Assembly (NCBI GenBank): GCA_016926735.1
Contig: JAFGOA010000187.1
Coordinates: forward strand, 22,920 to 86,919
Origin: Promethearchaeota archaeon
GTDB lineage: Archaea > Asgardarchaeota > Lokiarchaeia > Sigyniarchaeales > SOKP01
Length of the DNA: 64,000 nucleotides
Direction: 5' to 3'
In this document: piece by piece, positions 20,389 through 31,195 of the stretch
Layout of the letters: each line of letters starts with the position of its first letter
Position numbering within the stretch: position 1 is the first letter of the stretch
The notes under the pieces: model-generated
The model's database searches: none
What the model saw: only the letters and a program-made list of their open reading frames with translations
Told to the model about the DNA's origin: nothing
Position numbers and translations under genes: made by a program

Positions 20389-20795
20389 CCTCCTCTGTAA
20401 AAGCAAGTAAATCTGATACTATAGGGAACTACTAAAACTAAAGGTTGAAGCTTCTTAGGAATGTACAATCATCTCTACTATGGATTGGTCTGTATATTTT
20501 AAAAACCTATTCTATTGTGTTAGATATAATTCCTCATTCATAGAGGATTGATACGATAGGAAATCATATGTAATTTACATATGCTTTTCTATTGGAAAAT
20601 TATAATTTTCTTTCCAATTCTTCATTCGCTTAGCTAACGCAAAATTAAAAATAAGACAACATTTTTCAGAGAAAAACCATAGAAGATATTCTTATTCCTC
20701 TGATGAATATAATAGTCTTTTCGGGTTAGCAACATTATTATAAAAAGAATAGGAGAACCACTAAATACAGGAAGACTCCAAAGATTTACTATTAT
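20385..20795 (-). ncRNA. Candidate ~400-nt structured non-coding RNA (family unassigned)
   Basis: No ORF in the track; several hairpins and long-range pairings (20782-20790 with 20406-20414; 20766-20777 with 20388-20399; 20746-20753 with 20506-20513); G-U pairs favour the minus strand. Confidence 0.4.
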
Positions 20796-20804
20796 GAAAA
20801 GATA

Positions 20805-20854
20805 CACTCAAATCATTTCCTCTTGAAAAAGAGGTGTCTTCTTGAGTGATAAAA
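20805..20854 (-). repeat. 50-nt K-turn-like hairpin, copy A (just 3' of pan)
   Basis: 40/50 ungapped identity to 63903-63952(+); stem CACTCAA/TTGAGTG closing GAAGA...ATGA. Confidence 0.7.
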
Positions 20855-20873
20855 TAAAGGATAAAATTTTAGT

Positions 20874-21989
20874 TTAGGTGTAAATATAATCTTTTACACT
20901 ATGTTCTTTATCAATAATTTCCGCTAATGCATCATTAAAATCTTTTTGATCTATAAAAGATTTTAGTTGTCTTAATGCTTTTATACCTGCTTCAGTTACT
21001 AAAGCTTTAATATGAGCTCCACTAAATCCATCAGTTTTTTTTGCGATCTCTTCAAAGTTTACATTTTTTAAATTCATTTTTCTAGAGTGGATTTTTAAAA
21101 TCATTAATCTTGCTTCTTCATTTGGTAAATTGAATTTAATAATACGATCAAATCGACCAGGACGTAATATTGCAGGATCCAAAACATCTACTCGATTTGT
21201 AGCAGCTAGGAACATAATATTATCCGTATTCGCAAAACCATCTAACTCTGATAATAATTGCATAAAAGTTCTCTGTACTTCTCTATCTCCTTTATATACT
21301 TCACTTGTACGCTTAATAGCAATTGCATCTATCTCATCAATAAAAATAATTGCTGGAGTGTTTTCTTTTGCTAAACTAAATACTTCTCTTACCATACGAG
21401 AACCTTCTCCAATGAATTTTTGAACTAAATCTGAACCAACCAAATGAATAAACCTTGCTTTGGTTGAATTAGCAATAGCTTTTGCTAATAAGGTTTTTCC
21501 TGTCCCAGGAGGTCCTGATAACAAAGCTCCAGAGGGAGGATCGATACCAATTTGTTCAAATAATTCTGGATGTAATAATGGTAATTCTATAACTTCTCTT
21601 ATTGCTTGTATTTGCGCATCTAATCCTCCAATATCTTGAAATGTAGCATCTGGAATTTCTACTAACTCCATACCTGCTACATGACCTCTAATTTTCCTTG
21701 ATAATATCTCTAAAATTTGATAACTTTGTGGGTGAAGTGAAACTTGATCTCCTGCTTGAGGGTCAATTATTTCATTTGGAGGCAATATTATACGATTTCC
21801 AGGTGCATGAGATATGATGACTCTCTTGTCTTCTAGAACACGTTCAACAGAACCAATTATTAAAGGTCTTTTTTTTAAATTAGTTAGTAGATCTTTAAAA
21901 CTCGAAACTTGATTTTTTAACTGTTCATTCTCTTTTTCTAAATAACTAAGTCTTTTCTGATACTTCTTAATATCTATTTCTGTCATCAT
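20874..21989 (-). CDS. pan: Proteasome-activating nucleotidase (AAA+ ATPase)
   Basis: N-terminal coiled coil/OB, GPPGTGKT, IFIDEID, REVQRT, RPGRFDR; C-terminal HbYX-like IYT. Confidence 0.93.
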   Translation of the reverse strand: MMTEIDIKKYQKRLSYLEKENEQLKNQVSSFKDLLTNLKKRPLIIGSVERVLEDKRVIISHAPGNRIILPPNEIIDPQAGDQVSLHPQSYQILEILSRKIRGHVAGMELVEIPDATFQDIGGLDAQIQAIREVIELPLLHPELFEQIGIDPPSGALLSGPPGTGKTLLAKAIANSTKARFIHLVGSDLVQKFIGEGSRMVREVFSLAKENTPAIIFIDEIDAIAIKRTSEVYKGDREVQRTFMQLLSELDGFANTDNIMFLAATNRVDVLDPAILRPGRFDRIIKFNLPNEEARLMILKIHSRKMNLKNVNFEEIAKKTDGFSGAHIKALVTEAGIKALRQLKSFIDQKDFNDALAEIIDKEHSVKDYIYT

Positions 21990-22409
21990 TTACAATATAT
22001 ATAAATTAAAAGTCCCAAAAATAATTATTTATTTTATTTCTATTTTTATTTACAATAATTATAATTAATTTTGTAATTATTCGGTTAAATTTTCCAAAAT
22101 AGAAATAAATCTTTAGACATAATGAATTTAAGGTATTTATGGGAATTTGCTAATAGATAATTCTTAAATATCTTAAAATGATTATTTTATCTCATGTATT
22201 TATAAAGGTTTAAGTTTTGTATTAAAAAAATTTATAAAGATCAAATATTATTATACATTTAATTTTAATTTATAACGATTTCAAAAATGAGTTATAAAGA
22301 TAAAAATATATAAATGATATAAACTATATTATAAGGAGTAATACCAATTATTCCTAATTAAAACATAAATTAAATTAAAAAAAATCTTAAAAAACAAGGC
22401 TGAAAAAAA

Positions 22410-23555
22410 ATGGCAGAAGAAGAAAGTTTTTTAAACGCAAAGGCCTTAGTTGTTGATAATGGTACTGGTATTTCTAAGAATGGATTTGCAGGTGAAGATC
22501 AACCTAGATCTGTATTTCCTACTCTAATTGGGTATCCTAAATATGAATCCATCATGACTGATGTTGAACACTATACCCGTGAGTATTATATTGGGGAAGA
22601 GGCTATGCAACTAAAAGGTGTTCTTAAATTAATGTTCCCAGTCGAACATGGTATTATTGAGGATTGGACCGCTATGGAAAAGATATGGCATTATACATTC
22701 TATACAGATCTAAGAATTGATCCTTCCGAACATCCTGTACTCTTAACTGAAGCACCATTAAATCCAAGACCAAATAGAGAGAAAATGGCAGAAATAATGT
22801 TTGAAACATTTAACACTCCTGCTCTCTATGTAGCAATGCAAGCTGTATTATCTTTGTATGCTTCTGGTCGTACAACTGGGTGTGTTATTGATATTGGTGA
22901 TGGTGTATCACACGTTGTCCCTATATTTGAAGGATTTGCTTTAAGTCATGCAATTCAAAGAATAGATTTAGCTGGAAGAGATATTACAACCTATCTACAA
23001 AGATTACTTAGACAAAAAGGGTATTCTTTTACGACATCCGCAGAAAAGGAAATTGTACGCGATATTAAAGAGAAATTATGTTATGTAGCTATTGATCCTG
23101 AGAAAGAAATGATGCTTTCCAAGAAAGTTGCAGGAATGGAAAAGAGCTATATGTTACCTGATGGGGAAACGATTAATGTTGGTGTTGAACGATTCTTAGC
23201 ACCAGAATGCTTCTTTAATCCATCTGTTATTGGAAAAGAATTAGAGCCTTTGGATGATGTAATTGTAAATGCTATATCCGAATGTGATGTTGATCTTAGA
23301 CGTGATTTATACAGCAACATAGTCTTATCTGGTGGATCTACAATGTTCCCAGGTATAAAAGAACGATTAACTAAAGAAATTAAAGAGCAAATTCCTGAAT
23401 CAGTCGATGTTAAAATCATTGCTCCACCAGAAAGAATGTATTCTGTCTGGATTGGTGGATCAATTCTAAGTTCTCTTAAAACATTCCATAGAATGTGGGT
23501 AACTAGGCGCGAATATAAAGAGATGGGGCCTCAAGTAATTCATAGATGCTTCTAA
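22410..23555 (+). CDS. Lokiactin (eukaryote-like actin)
   Basis: [54 protein letters not shown] and SVWIGGSIL motifs; C-terminal HRCF. Confidence 0.98.
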   Translation: MAEEESFLNAKALVVDNGTGISKNGFAGEDQPRSVFPTLIGYPKYESIMTDVEHYTREYYIGEEAMQLKGVLKLMFPVEHGIIEDWTAMEKIWHYTFYTDLRIDPSEHPVLLTEAPLNPRPNREKMAEIMFETFNTPALYVAMQAVLSLYASGRTTGCVIDIGDGVSHVVPIFEGFALSHAIQRIDLAGRDITTYLQRLLRQKGYSFTTSAEKEIVRDIKEKLCYVAIDPEKEMMLSKKVAGMEKSYMLPDGETINVGVERFLAPECFFNPSVIGKELEPLDDVIVNAISECDVDLRRDLYSNIVLSGGSTMFPGIKERLTKEIKEQIPESVDVKIIAPPERMYSVWIGGSILSSLKTFHRMWVTRREYKEMGPQVIHRCF

Positions 23556-23610
23556 TTTCGCTTTAAGCGAAAAATTAAAATTTTTGAATTTTTTTATTTT
23601 CTCTTTTTTT
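23556..23610 (+). terminator. Hairpin plus T-tracts after lokiactin stop
   Basis: TTTCGCT-TTA-AGCGAAA immediately after TAA, followed by oligo-T runs; the next gene is convergent. Confidence 0.5.
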
Positions 23611-23702
23611 TATTATTTTTAAAAATTTGTAATATTTTTTACGATTATCAGATAAATTCTTGATATATCTATTAATTTCAAGAAATTTTGATTATTTATG
23701 AA

Positions 23703-24233
23703 TTAGTCCAATTCTAATGTATGTTCTTGAATTAATATTTTTATAACATTATTAAATATTTCTTCAATATTGTCTCCAGTCAAAGAGGATATTTCATAAA
23801 ATCCATTCAGATTATAGGATTCTTGAATATCATTTCCCCTGTTGGAAGGAACTTCTCTATATTTCTCAAGATCCTTTTTTGTGCCAATTAATAGAATAGG
23901 TATATTATTTGTGTTCTCTTTTACAATATTGATCCATATAGGAAGATGATCATAAGAGTTATTATTTTTAATATCATATAGTATAAGTGCAACATCTGCT
24001 CCTGTACAATATTTTGGAAGAATTGATCTAAAACGCTCTTCCCCTCCAAAATCCCAAATTTGGAATTTAAATAATTTATCACCGTATTCTATAAATTTTG
24101 AAAATATATCTATACCTATCGTCTGTTTTAGATTATCTCTAAATAACCCAGTAACATAACGATATGTTAAAGTAGTTTTTCCTACTCCCTTATCTCCTAA
24201 AATTATTAATTTAAAAACAAACTCTTGATTCAT
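23703..24233 (-). CDS. Rab-like small GTPase
   Basis: GDKGVGKTT, QTIGIDI, WDFGGEERF, GTKKD and EISS motifs. Confidence 0.92.
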   Translation of the reverse strand: MNQEFVFKLIILGDKGVGKTTLTYRYVTGLFRDNLKQTIGIDIFSKFIEYGDKLFKFQIWDFGGEERFRSILPKYCTGADVALILYDIKNNNSYDHLPIWINIVKENTNNIPILLIGTKKDLEKYREVPSNRGNDIQESYNLNGFYEISSLTGDNIEEIFNNVIKILIQEHTLELD

Positions 24234-24648
24234 TTTTTTTTTTTAATTTTTAATCTCTAATATCATATATTTTTTATGTATTAGTATTTAATATTTACGT
24301 CTATTTAAATTATAAAAATTATATATTGTAAATATATCACGTATATATTATACCGCAAAATTAATGTTAAGATAACTATAAATTTAACCTATCAACCAGT
24401 TTTATCATCCTATTCAATATATAGAAATTATTTTGTCGAAACCATATGGAGATGATTATTTTAGATTTTATCTTCTGAAAGAGTACTTTTTAGGTCTATT
24501 GAATAAAGATTTTTTTAAATACTCCCTTTCAATTAACCTATCTACATCATATTATATTAAATTACAAATTATAAAAGAAAATAAAAAAATTTTTTTGTTA
24601 TTTGAATTTAGAAATATCAACAATAAAAATATTATCAGATGATTTAAT

Positions 24649-26589
24649 TTGCCTACTATGGATAGACGATTCATTGATGAGGAAGGTAAAGTATTAATGT
24701 TAGGAAATGAAGCAATTATAAGGGGATGTTTAGAAGTAGGTGTAAGCTTTGTTTCCCAATATCCTGGAACACCAACAAGTGATATAGGTGAGACCTTTCA
24801 GAAATTACTGAGAGAACAACCGGAATTACAAAATTATTTAGTACATCATTGGGGTATCAATGAAGCTGTAGCCTCCTCTGAATGTGCGGGAGCCGCCTGG
24901 ACAGGTTGTAAATCATTAAATCCAATGAAACATGTAGGATTAAATGTTGCAAGTGATCCTTTAAGTGTTATTGCTCTTAATGGACCCAACCCTGGGGCAA
25001 TGGTAATATTAGTTGGTTCTGATCCTGGGAGTTTGGGATCTCATCAAGAACAAAATGAACGATTTTATACTTGGATGTTTCATTTTCCTTGCTTTGAGCC
25101 TCATACACCTCAAGATTGTAAAGATTATATCAAACTAGCTTTCAAATTATCTGAACAATATGATACTGTTTTTGAAATAAGAACTTCAACAAGAAGTGCC
25201 CACTCTAGAGGTTTTGTTAATTTAGAGCCTATAATAAAAGGAAAGAAAAAAGGAGAATTTATAAGAAATATTCCAAAATATAATTCTCTCCCTCCTCATG
25301 CAATTAATAATCACATAAGACTTTACGAAAGAATTGAAAAGCTAAGAGAAATTATACCAAAATTAGGAGTAAATAAAGTAATAGAAGGAAATAATAAAAT
25401 AGGGATTATAACTAGTGGAATGCCTTATGGATATACTTTGGAAGCATTAGATCAATTAGGATTAAATGATGTACCTATATTAAAATTAGGACTAATCTAT
25501 CCATTAAATTATAATGAAATTTCAGATTTTCTTAAAGATTTAGATAAAGTTATAATAATAGAAGAATTAGAACCCTTTTTAGAAGTAAAAATATCAGAAA
25601 TTGCACATAAAAAGGCAATTAATGTTGAAATAATCGGTGAAAAATATTTTCCTAAATCAAATGAATTTTCTACGGGATTAGTTGCATCATGTTTAGCAAA
25701 AATATTTAAAAAAGAACCAAGTAATCAAATGATAAAAGCTATTGATTATTTTAATTCATATAAAAACATAATTCCAAGTAGGTTTCCCTCTTTTTGTGCT
25801 GGATGTCCAGAAAGAGCAACGCTCTATACAATTCTTAAAGCAACTAATCAGTTAGAAAATACAGTAGTATGTGGTGATATTGGATGTTTTGTAATGAGTT
25901 TTTTTCCTCCTCAACAATGCAGTGATTTAGTAATTTGTATGTCAGGTGGACTAAGTGCGGCAATCGGTATGTCTACAAAAACAGATCAAAAAGTTATTGC
26001 CTATATGGGAGACTCAACTTTTTTACACACTGGAATGAGTCCATTAGCTGAAGCGGCAAGTTATGATTCAAATATACTATTATTTATCTTTGAAAATAGT
26101 TGGACAGCTATGACTGGCCATCAACCAGTACTAGGATTGATTGAAAAAAGAATATCTATTGAAAAAATCTGTAAAGCAATTGGAGTACAATGGCTCAGAG
26201 TTGAAGATTCTTATAACCCAAAAAAATTAATCTCAAGTATAGAGAAAGCATTTGAGACTAAGGGGCTTAAAGTAATTATAGTAAAAAGAGAATGTGCTCT
26301 ACAGGCTCATAGATGGAGAATGAAACAAAGAAGAGAATTAAATAATCAAGGCAAAAGAACACAAGAGGTTATGTATCATATTACGGGGTGTCAGATGTGT
26401 TATGAATGCGCTCGTATATTGAGTTGTCCTGCAATAAGAAAAATTGAAAAAGATGGATATGAAACCATGCAAATTGACGATGATAGATGTGTAAAATGTG
26501 GTGTCTGTTATGAAGTTTGTCCTAATGGAGCCATTCATAAATCTATTATTAATGCTTTAGATGAAGAAGTTCCCTTTCGAGAACTCTGA
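24649..26589 (+). CDS. iorA: Indolepyruvate:ferredoxin oxidoreductase alpha subunit
   Basis: GNEAI.RG, YPGTP, MKHVGLNVASD, CAGCP, GDIGC, GDSTF.H, TAMTG.Q; C-terminal ferredoxin. Confidence 0.95.
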   Translation: MPTMDRRFIDEEGKVLMLGNEAIIRGCLEVGVSFVSQYPGTPTSDIGETFQKLLREQPELQNYLVHHWGINEAVASSECAGAAWTGCKSLNPMKHVGLNVASDPLSVIALNGPNPGAMVILVGSDPGSLGSHQEQNERFYTWMFHFPCFEPHTPQDCKDYIKLAFKLSEQYDTVFEIRTSTRSAHSRGFVNLEPIIKGKKKGEFIRNIPKYNSLPPHAINNHIRLYERIEKLREIIPKLGVNKVIEGNNKIGIITSGMPYGYTLEALDQLGLNDVPILKLGLIYPLNYNEISDFLKDLDKVIIIEELEPFLEVKISEIAHKKAINVEIIGEKYFPKSNEFSTGLVASCLAKIFKKEPSNQMIKAIDYFNSYKNIIPSRFPSFCAGCPERATLYTILKATNQLENTVVCGDIGCFVMSFFPPQQCSDLVICMSGGLSAAIGMSTKTDQKVIAYMGDSTFLHTGMSPLAEAASYDSNILLFIFENSWTAMTGHQPVLGLIEKRISIEKICKAIGVQWLRVEDSYNPKKLISSIEKAFETKGLKVIIVKRECALQAHRWRMKQRRELNNQGKRTQEVMYHITGCQMCYECARILSCPAIRKIEKDGYETMQIDDDRCVKCGVCYEVCPNGAIHKSIINALDEEVPFREL

Positions 26590-26778
26590 ATTCATTTTAG
26601 AGGTAATATTATTTTTAATATCTATTTCATTTTTTGATAAGAACTACAAGTCTAAAATATTATTTGATATAATAAATCAATGATTTCTAAATATCTAAAA
26701 TTTGAAATCAAATATCCTAAAATTTTTATGAAATATCATATATAATTAATTTAAAAATTGATTAATTAGGATGTAATA

Positions 26779-27693
26779 ATGGATATACCGAATAAAAAAC
26801 CTTCAAAAAAAATATGCTATTTCCTTGATACTGATGAAACTGCTTCTCCTTTTGACATCAATATGGCTTATGATGCGGGATTTGATGTGGTTGTCCCGTT
26901 TAATAATATGACAGCCGATAAAGTCCCAAGACTGATACAAGACGCTATTTTTTCCAGAAAACCAAATGCTTCTACTGCCTTTTTTATTGGGGGAGAGGAT
27001 ACAAAAGAAGCAGATAAAATTGTTAATAAAGTCTTGGAATCATTTGTTCCTCCTTTTGAATGCCCTGTGATTGTTGATCCACGAGGATCACATACTACTG
27101 CTTCAGCAATAATTGCTAAAATTATAAAGATAGCTAAAGAACACGGAATTGAAAATTTATCTGGGAAAAAAATGGTAATTTTAGGAGCAACTGGTCCAGT
27201 AGGAAAGATTGGAGCTCTTCTTTCGGCTAATCTTAATTGCAATACAGTCATTACCTCTAGAAGAGAACAATATATAATGACATTAGCGAAAGAACTTAAT
27301 GAGAACACAAATAATGGTGCGTCTGAAATAATTGGAGCTGTTGGAGCTACAGATGATGATAAATATAATGTTTTAAAAGATGCAGATTTAATTTGCTCAG
27401 TTGCGAAAGCTGGTATTGAAATGATCTCAAAAGAACTACTAGAAAAATTACCTCCTAAAAAAATAGTCGTAGATATTAATTTAGTCCCTCCCTATGGTAT
27501 CTATGGTCTAAAACCTAATTATGATAATGAGGAACTAATATCAGGAATTTTTGGGATAGGTGCTCTAGCAATTGGGAATCTCAAATCTAAAATTGAAAAG
27601 GCTATGTTAATAGAAGCATCTAATACAACAGGGAGAAAAATATTTGATTATAAAAATGCATTTAATTCAGCTAAATTGTTACTTAATATTTGA
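26779..27693 (+). CDS. NAD(P)-dependent methylene-H4MPT/H4F dehydrogenase (MtdA/B/C family), copy 1
   Basis: SPFD.NMAYDAG, QDAIFSR, DP.GS.TTA.A, GATGPVG, D.NLVPP.G and GALAIG.LK motifs. Confidence 0.88.
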   Translation: MDIPNKKPSKKICYFLDTDETASPFDINMAYDAGFDVVVPFNNMTADKVPRLIQDAIFSRKPNASTAFFIGGEDTKEADKIVNKVLESFVPPFECPVIVDPRGSHTTASAIIAKIIKIAKEHGIENLSGKKMVILGATGPVGKIGALLSANLNCNTVITSRREQYIMTLAKELNENTNNGASEIIGAVGATDDDKYNVLKDADLICSVAKAGIEMISKELLEKLPPKKIVVDINLVPPYGIYGLKPNYDNEELISGIFGIGALAIGNLKSKIEKAMLIEASNTTGRKIFDYKNAFNSAKLLLNI

Positions 27694-28081
27694 TTAATTT
27701 CATTTTCTTATATATTTCTTTGCCAGCAATTTTTACTTTGTTGTCTATATATTACTTTTAAGATTAGTTTTTCCGTATGGTATTAAATTTAGATACTTCT
27801 GTTTTAGGTGGAGATAATTTTTTTAATTGGTGTTTATTTTATAGAATATTTACTTTTTTAAAAAGTATATATTATATTTCATAATCACTAAGAATTGTTA
27901 CATTATACAAATATAATGCTAGATTTTAATATTAATAAGATTGATTTCCAAATAGTATAAGACTAAAAGAGAATATTAGATGATCTATTATGATCAAAAG
28001 ATTAATATACCCAAACATTATATTATAACTTGTGATAGTTACTTTTTTCTTTTTTTTCTCAAAATGAGGTAGATCATTAGG

Positions 28082-29032
28082 ATGGAACTATTAAAATTAA
28101 AATCAAATGAAAAGACTATTAATATGATTAAAAAAGATAAAACAGCTAATATATGCTATTTTTTTGATACTGATGAATATGCTTCTCCTTTTGATATCAA
28201 TATGGCTTATGATTCAGGTTATGATATTGTCATTCCTTTCAATCATATGAGTAGTAAAAAAGTTCCTAAGCTGGTTCAAGATGCTATTTTTTCCAGACGG
28301 AAATATAATTCTTCAATTTTCTTTATCGGGGGAAGTGATACGCAGGAAGCAGATTTAATCGCTAAAAATATTTTTAATTCTCTGGTACCACCATTTGAAT
28401 ATCCTATTGTCTTAGATCCCCGAGGATCTCATTCTACAGCCTCGGCCATAGCTGCTAAAACTCTTAGTATTTTAGGAAATATTAATAACAAAAAGATTGT
28501 AATTTTAGGAACGGGTCCAGTTGCTAGAATGGCTGCTTTATTAGGTGCTAAACTTAATGCTAAAATTAATATCGTGGAAACATGGAATAAAGTGGATTTA
28601 AAACAATTTAATGAAATTATAAAAAATCTAAAAAAGGAGTGTAAACAAGAAGAGAATAACCGAATTAATGGAAATTGTGCTTTTTCTGAAGAAGATCGTT
28701 TGGTAATAATAAAAGATGCAGATATTATTTGGTCACTGGCGGCACCTGGAATACAGATCCTTTCAGAGGAAATTATGAGTAATTTAAACAACAGTCAATT
28801 AGTAATTGATGCAAATTTAGTACCTCCCTATGGAATTTATGGATTAAAACCTAAAGATGATAATAAAGAAATATATCCTGGAATTTTTGGAGTTGGAGCA
28901 TTAGTAATTGGAAAATTAAAATATAAGATTGAGTCTTTGATATTAAAAAAAGCAATGAATTCTGCAACAAAAACACTTTATGATTATAATTATGGATTTG
29001 AAATAGCATTGAAATTATTAAATTTAAATTAA
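28082..29032 (+). CDS. Mtd-family methylene-H4MPT/H4F dehydrogenase, copy 2
   Basis: Same motifs as copy 1; GTGPVA. Confidence 0.85.
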   Translation: MELLKLKSNEKTINMIKKDKTANICYFFDTDEYASPFDINMAYDSGYDIVIPFNHMSSKKVPKLVQDAIFSRRKYNSSIFFIGGSDTQEADLIAKNIFNSLVPPFEYPIVLDPRGSHSTASAIAAKTLSILGNINNKKIVILGTGPVARMAALLGAKLNAKINIVETWNKVDLKQFNEIIKNLKKECKQEENNRINGNCAFSEEDRLVIIKDADIIWSLAAPGIQILSEEIMSNLNNSQLVIDANLVPPYGIYGLKPKDDNKEIYPGIFGVGALVIGKLKYKIESLILKKAMNSATKTLYDYNYGFEIALKLLNLN

Positions 29033-29322
29033 TTTTTTTTTAACCTTTTTAGTATATTATTTTTTATTATCTAATTATATACAAATAATTGTATAATAAT
29101 CAAAAATGAATTTTGAAATTAACAAATTATTACCTATTATAAATATATCCATGTTTGTTTATCAGCTTGATATGATTGATAATAATAATAAAAAGCACAT
29201 ATCAGATCATAAAATATATGATAATGATCAAAACATTTATATATTAAAATCATTTCTACATCTTTTGGGGAATATATTTTAAAGAATTTAGCCTGTATTT
29301 TAAAAAGAGGTGAGCTTATAAA

Positions 29323-30276
29323 ATGGAATTATTGGAAATAAAACCTGATAAAAGATTAATTAAAGTTATAGAAAAAGAAAAACAAACTGATATTATATGC
29401 TATTTTTTTGATACAGATGAATATGCCTCTCCATTTGACATAAATATGGCTTATGATGCTGGAATAGATAATGTTTTACCTTATAGTAATGTGAAAGCTA
29501 ATTATGTTCCAAAATTAATAAATCAACTTATTTTTTCTAGAAAAATATGTTCTAGAACAATCTTTTTTGTTGGAGGAAGCAAAACAAATGAAGCTGATTT
29601 GATTGCTAAAAATATTTATCATTCATTAGTAGCTCCTTTCAATTTTCCTATCATAATTGATCCTAGAGGGTCTCATACAACTGCCTCAGCGATTATAGCA
29701 ACAATGATTAAAGCTATAAAAAATTTAAAGAATAAAAATATTGTAATATTAGGAACCGGTCCTACAGCAAGAATATTAGCAATATTAGCAGCCAGATTAA
29801 AAGCAAAAATAGTTATGTTCGAAACATTGAAAAACGTTAATCAAAATTATATAAACGATCTCAATTTTGAATTAAGTGAAAAATTAGCTCAAGATTTTAA
29901 AAATCTAACTATTTATTGCAATTCTAACGATATTATTGACCGATTTGACCTAATCAAAAATGCAGATATAATTTGTTCTCTTGTGGCACCTGGAGTAGAG
30001 ATTTTACCTGTTCATATAATTAAAAAATTAAAGAGCCCAAAATTAATTATTGATGGAAATATGGTACCTCCTTATGGTGTGTGGGGATTAAATCCAAATG
30101 ATAATAATAAAGAAATTTATCCAGGGATTTTTGGTATTGGCGCATTAATCATAGGTAATTTAAAGTATAAAATAGAATCTCTTATTTTGAAAGAAGCCAT
30201 GAAATCTAGTATAAAAAGAATTTTTAATTATAATTACGCATTTAATATCGCTTTAAAATTACTTAATTTAAAATAA
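29323..30276 (+). CDS. Mtd-family methylene-H4MPT/H4F dehydrogenase, copy 3
   Basis: Same motifs; QDAIFSR changed to NQLIFSR, GTGPTA. Confidence 0.82.
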   Translation: MELLEIKPDKRLIKVIEKEKQTDIICYFFDTDEYASPFDINMAYDAGIDNVLPYSNVKANYVPKLINQLIFSRKICSRTIFFVGGSKTNEADLIAKNIYHSLVAPFNFPIIIDPRGSHTTASAIIATMIKAIKNLKNKNIVILGTGPTARILAILAARLKAKIVMFETLKNVNQNYINDLNFELSEKLAQDFKNLTIYCNSNDIIDRFDLIKNADIICSLVAPGVEILPVHIIKKLKSPKLIIDGNMVPPYGVWGLNPNDNNKEIYPGIFGIGALIIGNLKYKIESLILKEAMKSSIKRIFNYNYAFNIALKLLNLK

Positions 30277-30393
30277 TTTTTTTTTCTTTTTTTTTTTTAA
30301 ATAATTATCAATAATAATTATTATTAGTAGGAACAATAGTTATTTTCATCTGAAATAAATTATTCTTCTTTTTCTGTAAAAAAAAATAAAATA

Positions 30394-31182
30394 TTATATA
30401 AATAATTTTATAATTAAAAAGATTCCAATTCCTATACCATAAATAGGAATAACATATTTCCAGAATTTATTTGGTATAACTCTTACAAGATATGGAGATA
30501 TTAAGGCAGCAAAAAACCCTCCTGTGAAAAGTGAAGGTAAAAGAATGAGATCAACAATTATTCCAAAATTTTGAATCAAATAGAAACAAAAAATACCAAC
30601 TATTGAAACAATACTTTCTGAAAAAGAAACAATAGCTGTAGCGCTTTTTTCATAAATACCTGAATGAATTTGTCCTAATGTAATTATTGGACCATAACCT
30701 CCTCCTCCAATTCCTTTATTAAAACCTGCTATTGCTGAAAAACCGATTAATAATTTACGATTTAATTTATTTTGTTGATCTTTTTTAATTATTAATTTTA
30801 GAATTGCAACTCCTCCCATAATAACTACTAAAATAGCTACATATGCTTTAATAAAAATGGTTGGCAAATGAAATGCAAGATATGTAATTATAATTGAAGC
30901 AAATATTGCAATACATCCACAAAATGCAAAAATTAATCCGAATTTTGTAGCCTCATTTAATGGTTTGAATGAATAACGAACATTTCCTAATTCATGATCA
31001 AAAAATGTATCAATTATTCCTGTTATTGTTTCAGAAATAAGTATTGTTGGTACTACTTGAAGAGGAGAAAATCCATATAATAACAATAATGGGGATAATG
31101 CAGTTCCAAAACCCATACCTGCCATTGAGTCCATAGATTCAAAAATAAAAGCTAAAATTATAATATCCCAAAATAAATCCAT
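30394..31182 (-). CDS. TauE/SafE (TSUP) family membrane transporter
   Basis: D...GMGFGT..SP.L and GIGGGGYGP repeats; multi-TM. Confidence 0.85.
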   Translation of the reverse strand: MDLFWDIIILAFIFESMDSMAGMGFGTALSPLLLLYGFSPLQVVPTILISETITGIIDTFFDHELGNVRYSFKPLNEATKFGLIFAFCGCIAIFASIIITYLAFHLPTIFIKAYVAILVVIMGGVAILKLIIKKDQQNKLNRKLLIGFSAIAGFNKGIGGGGYGPIITLGQIHSGIYEKSATAIVSFSESIVSIVGIFCFYLIQNFGIIVDLILLPSLFTGGFFAALISPYLVRVIPNKFWKYVIPIYGIGIGIFLIIKLFI

Positions 31183-31195
31183 TCTTATATTACCT

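Noticed and set aside
24433-24642. 69-aa track ORF and a GGAGATGA fluoride-riboswitch-like start upstream of iorA
   Set aside because: Low-complexity translation; the remaining riboswitch consensus and pseudoknot were not found
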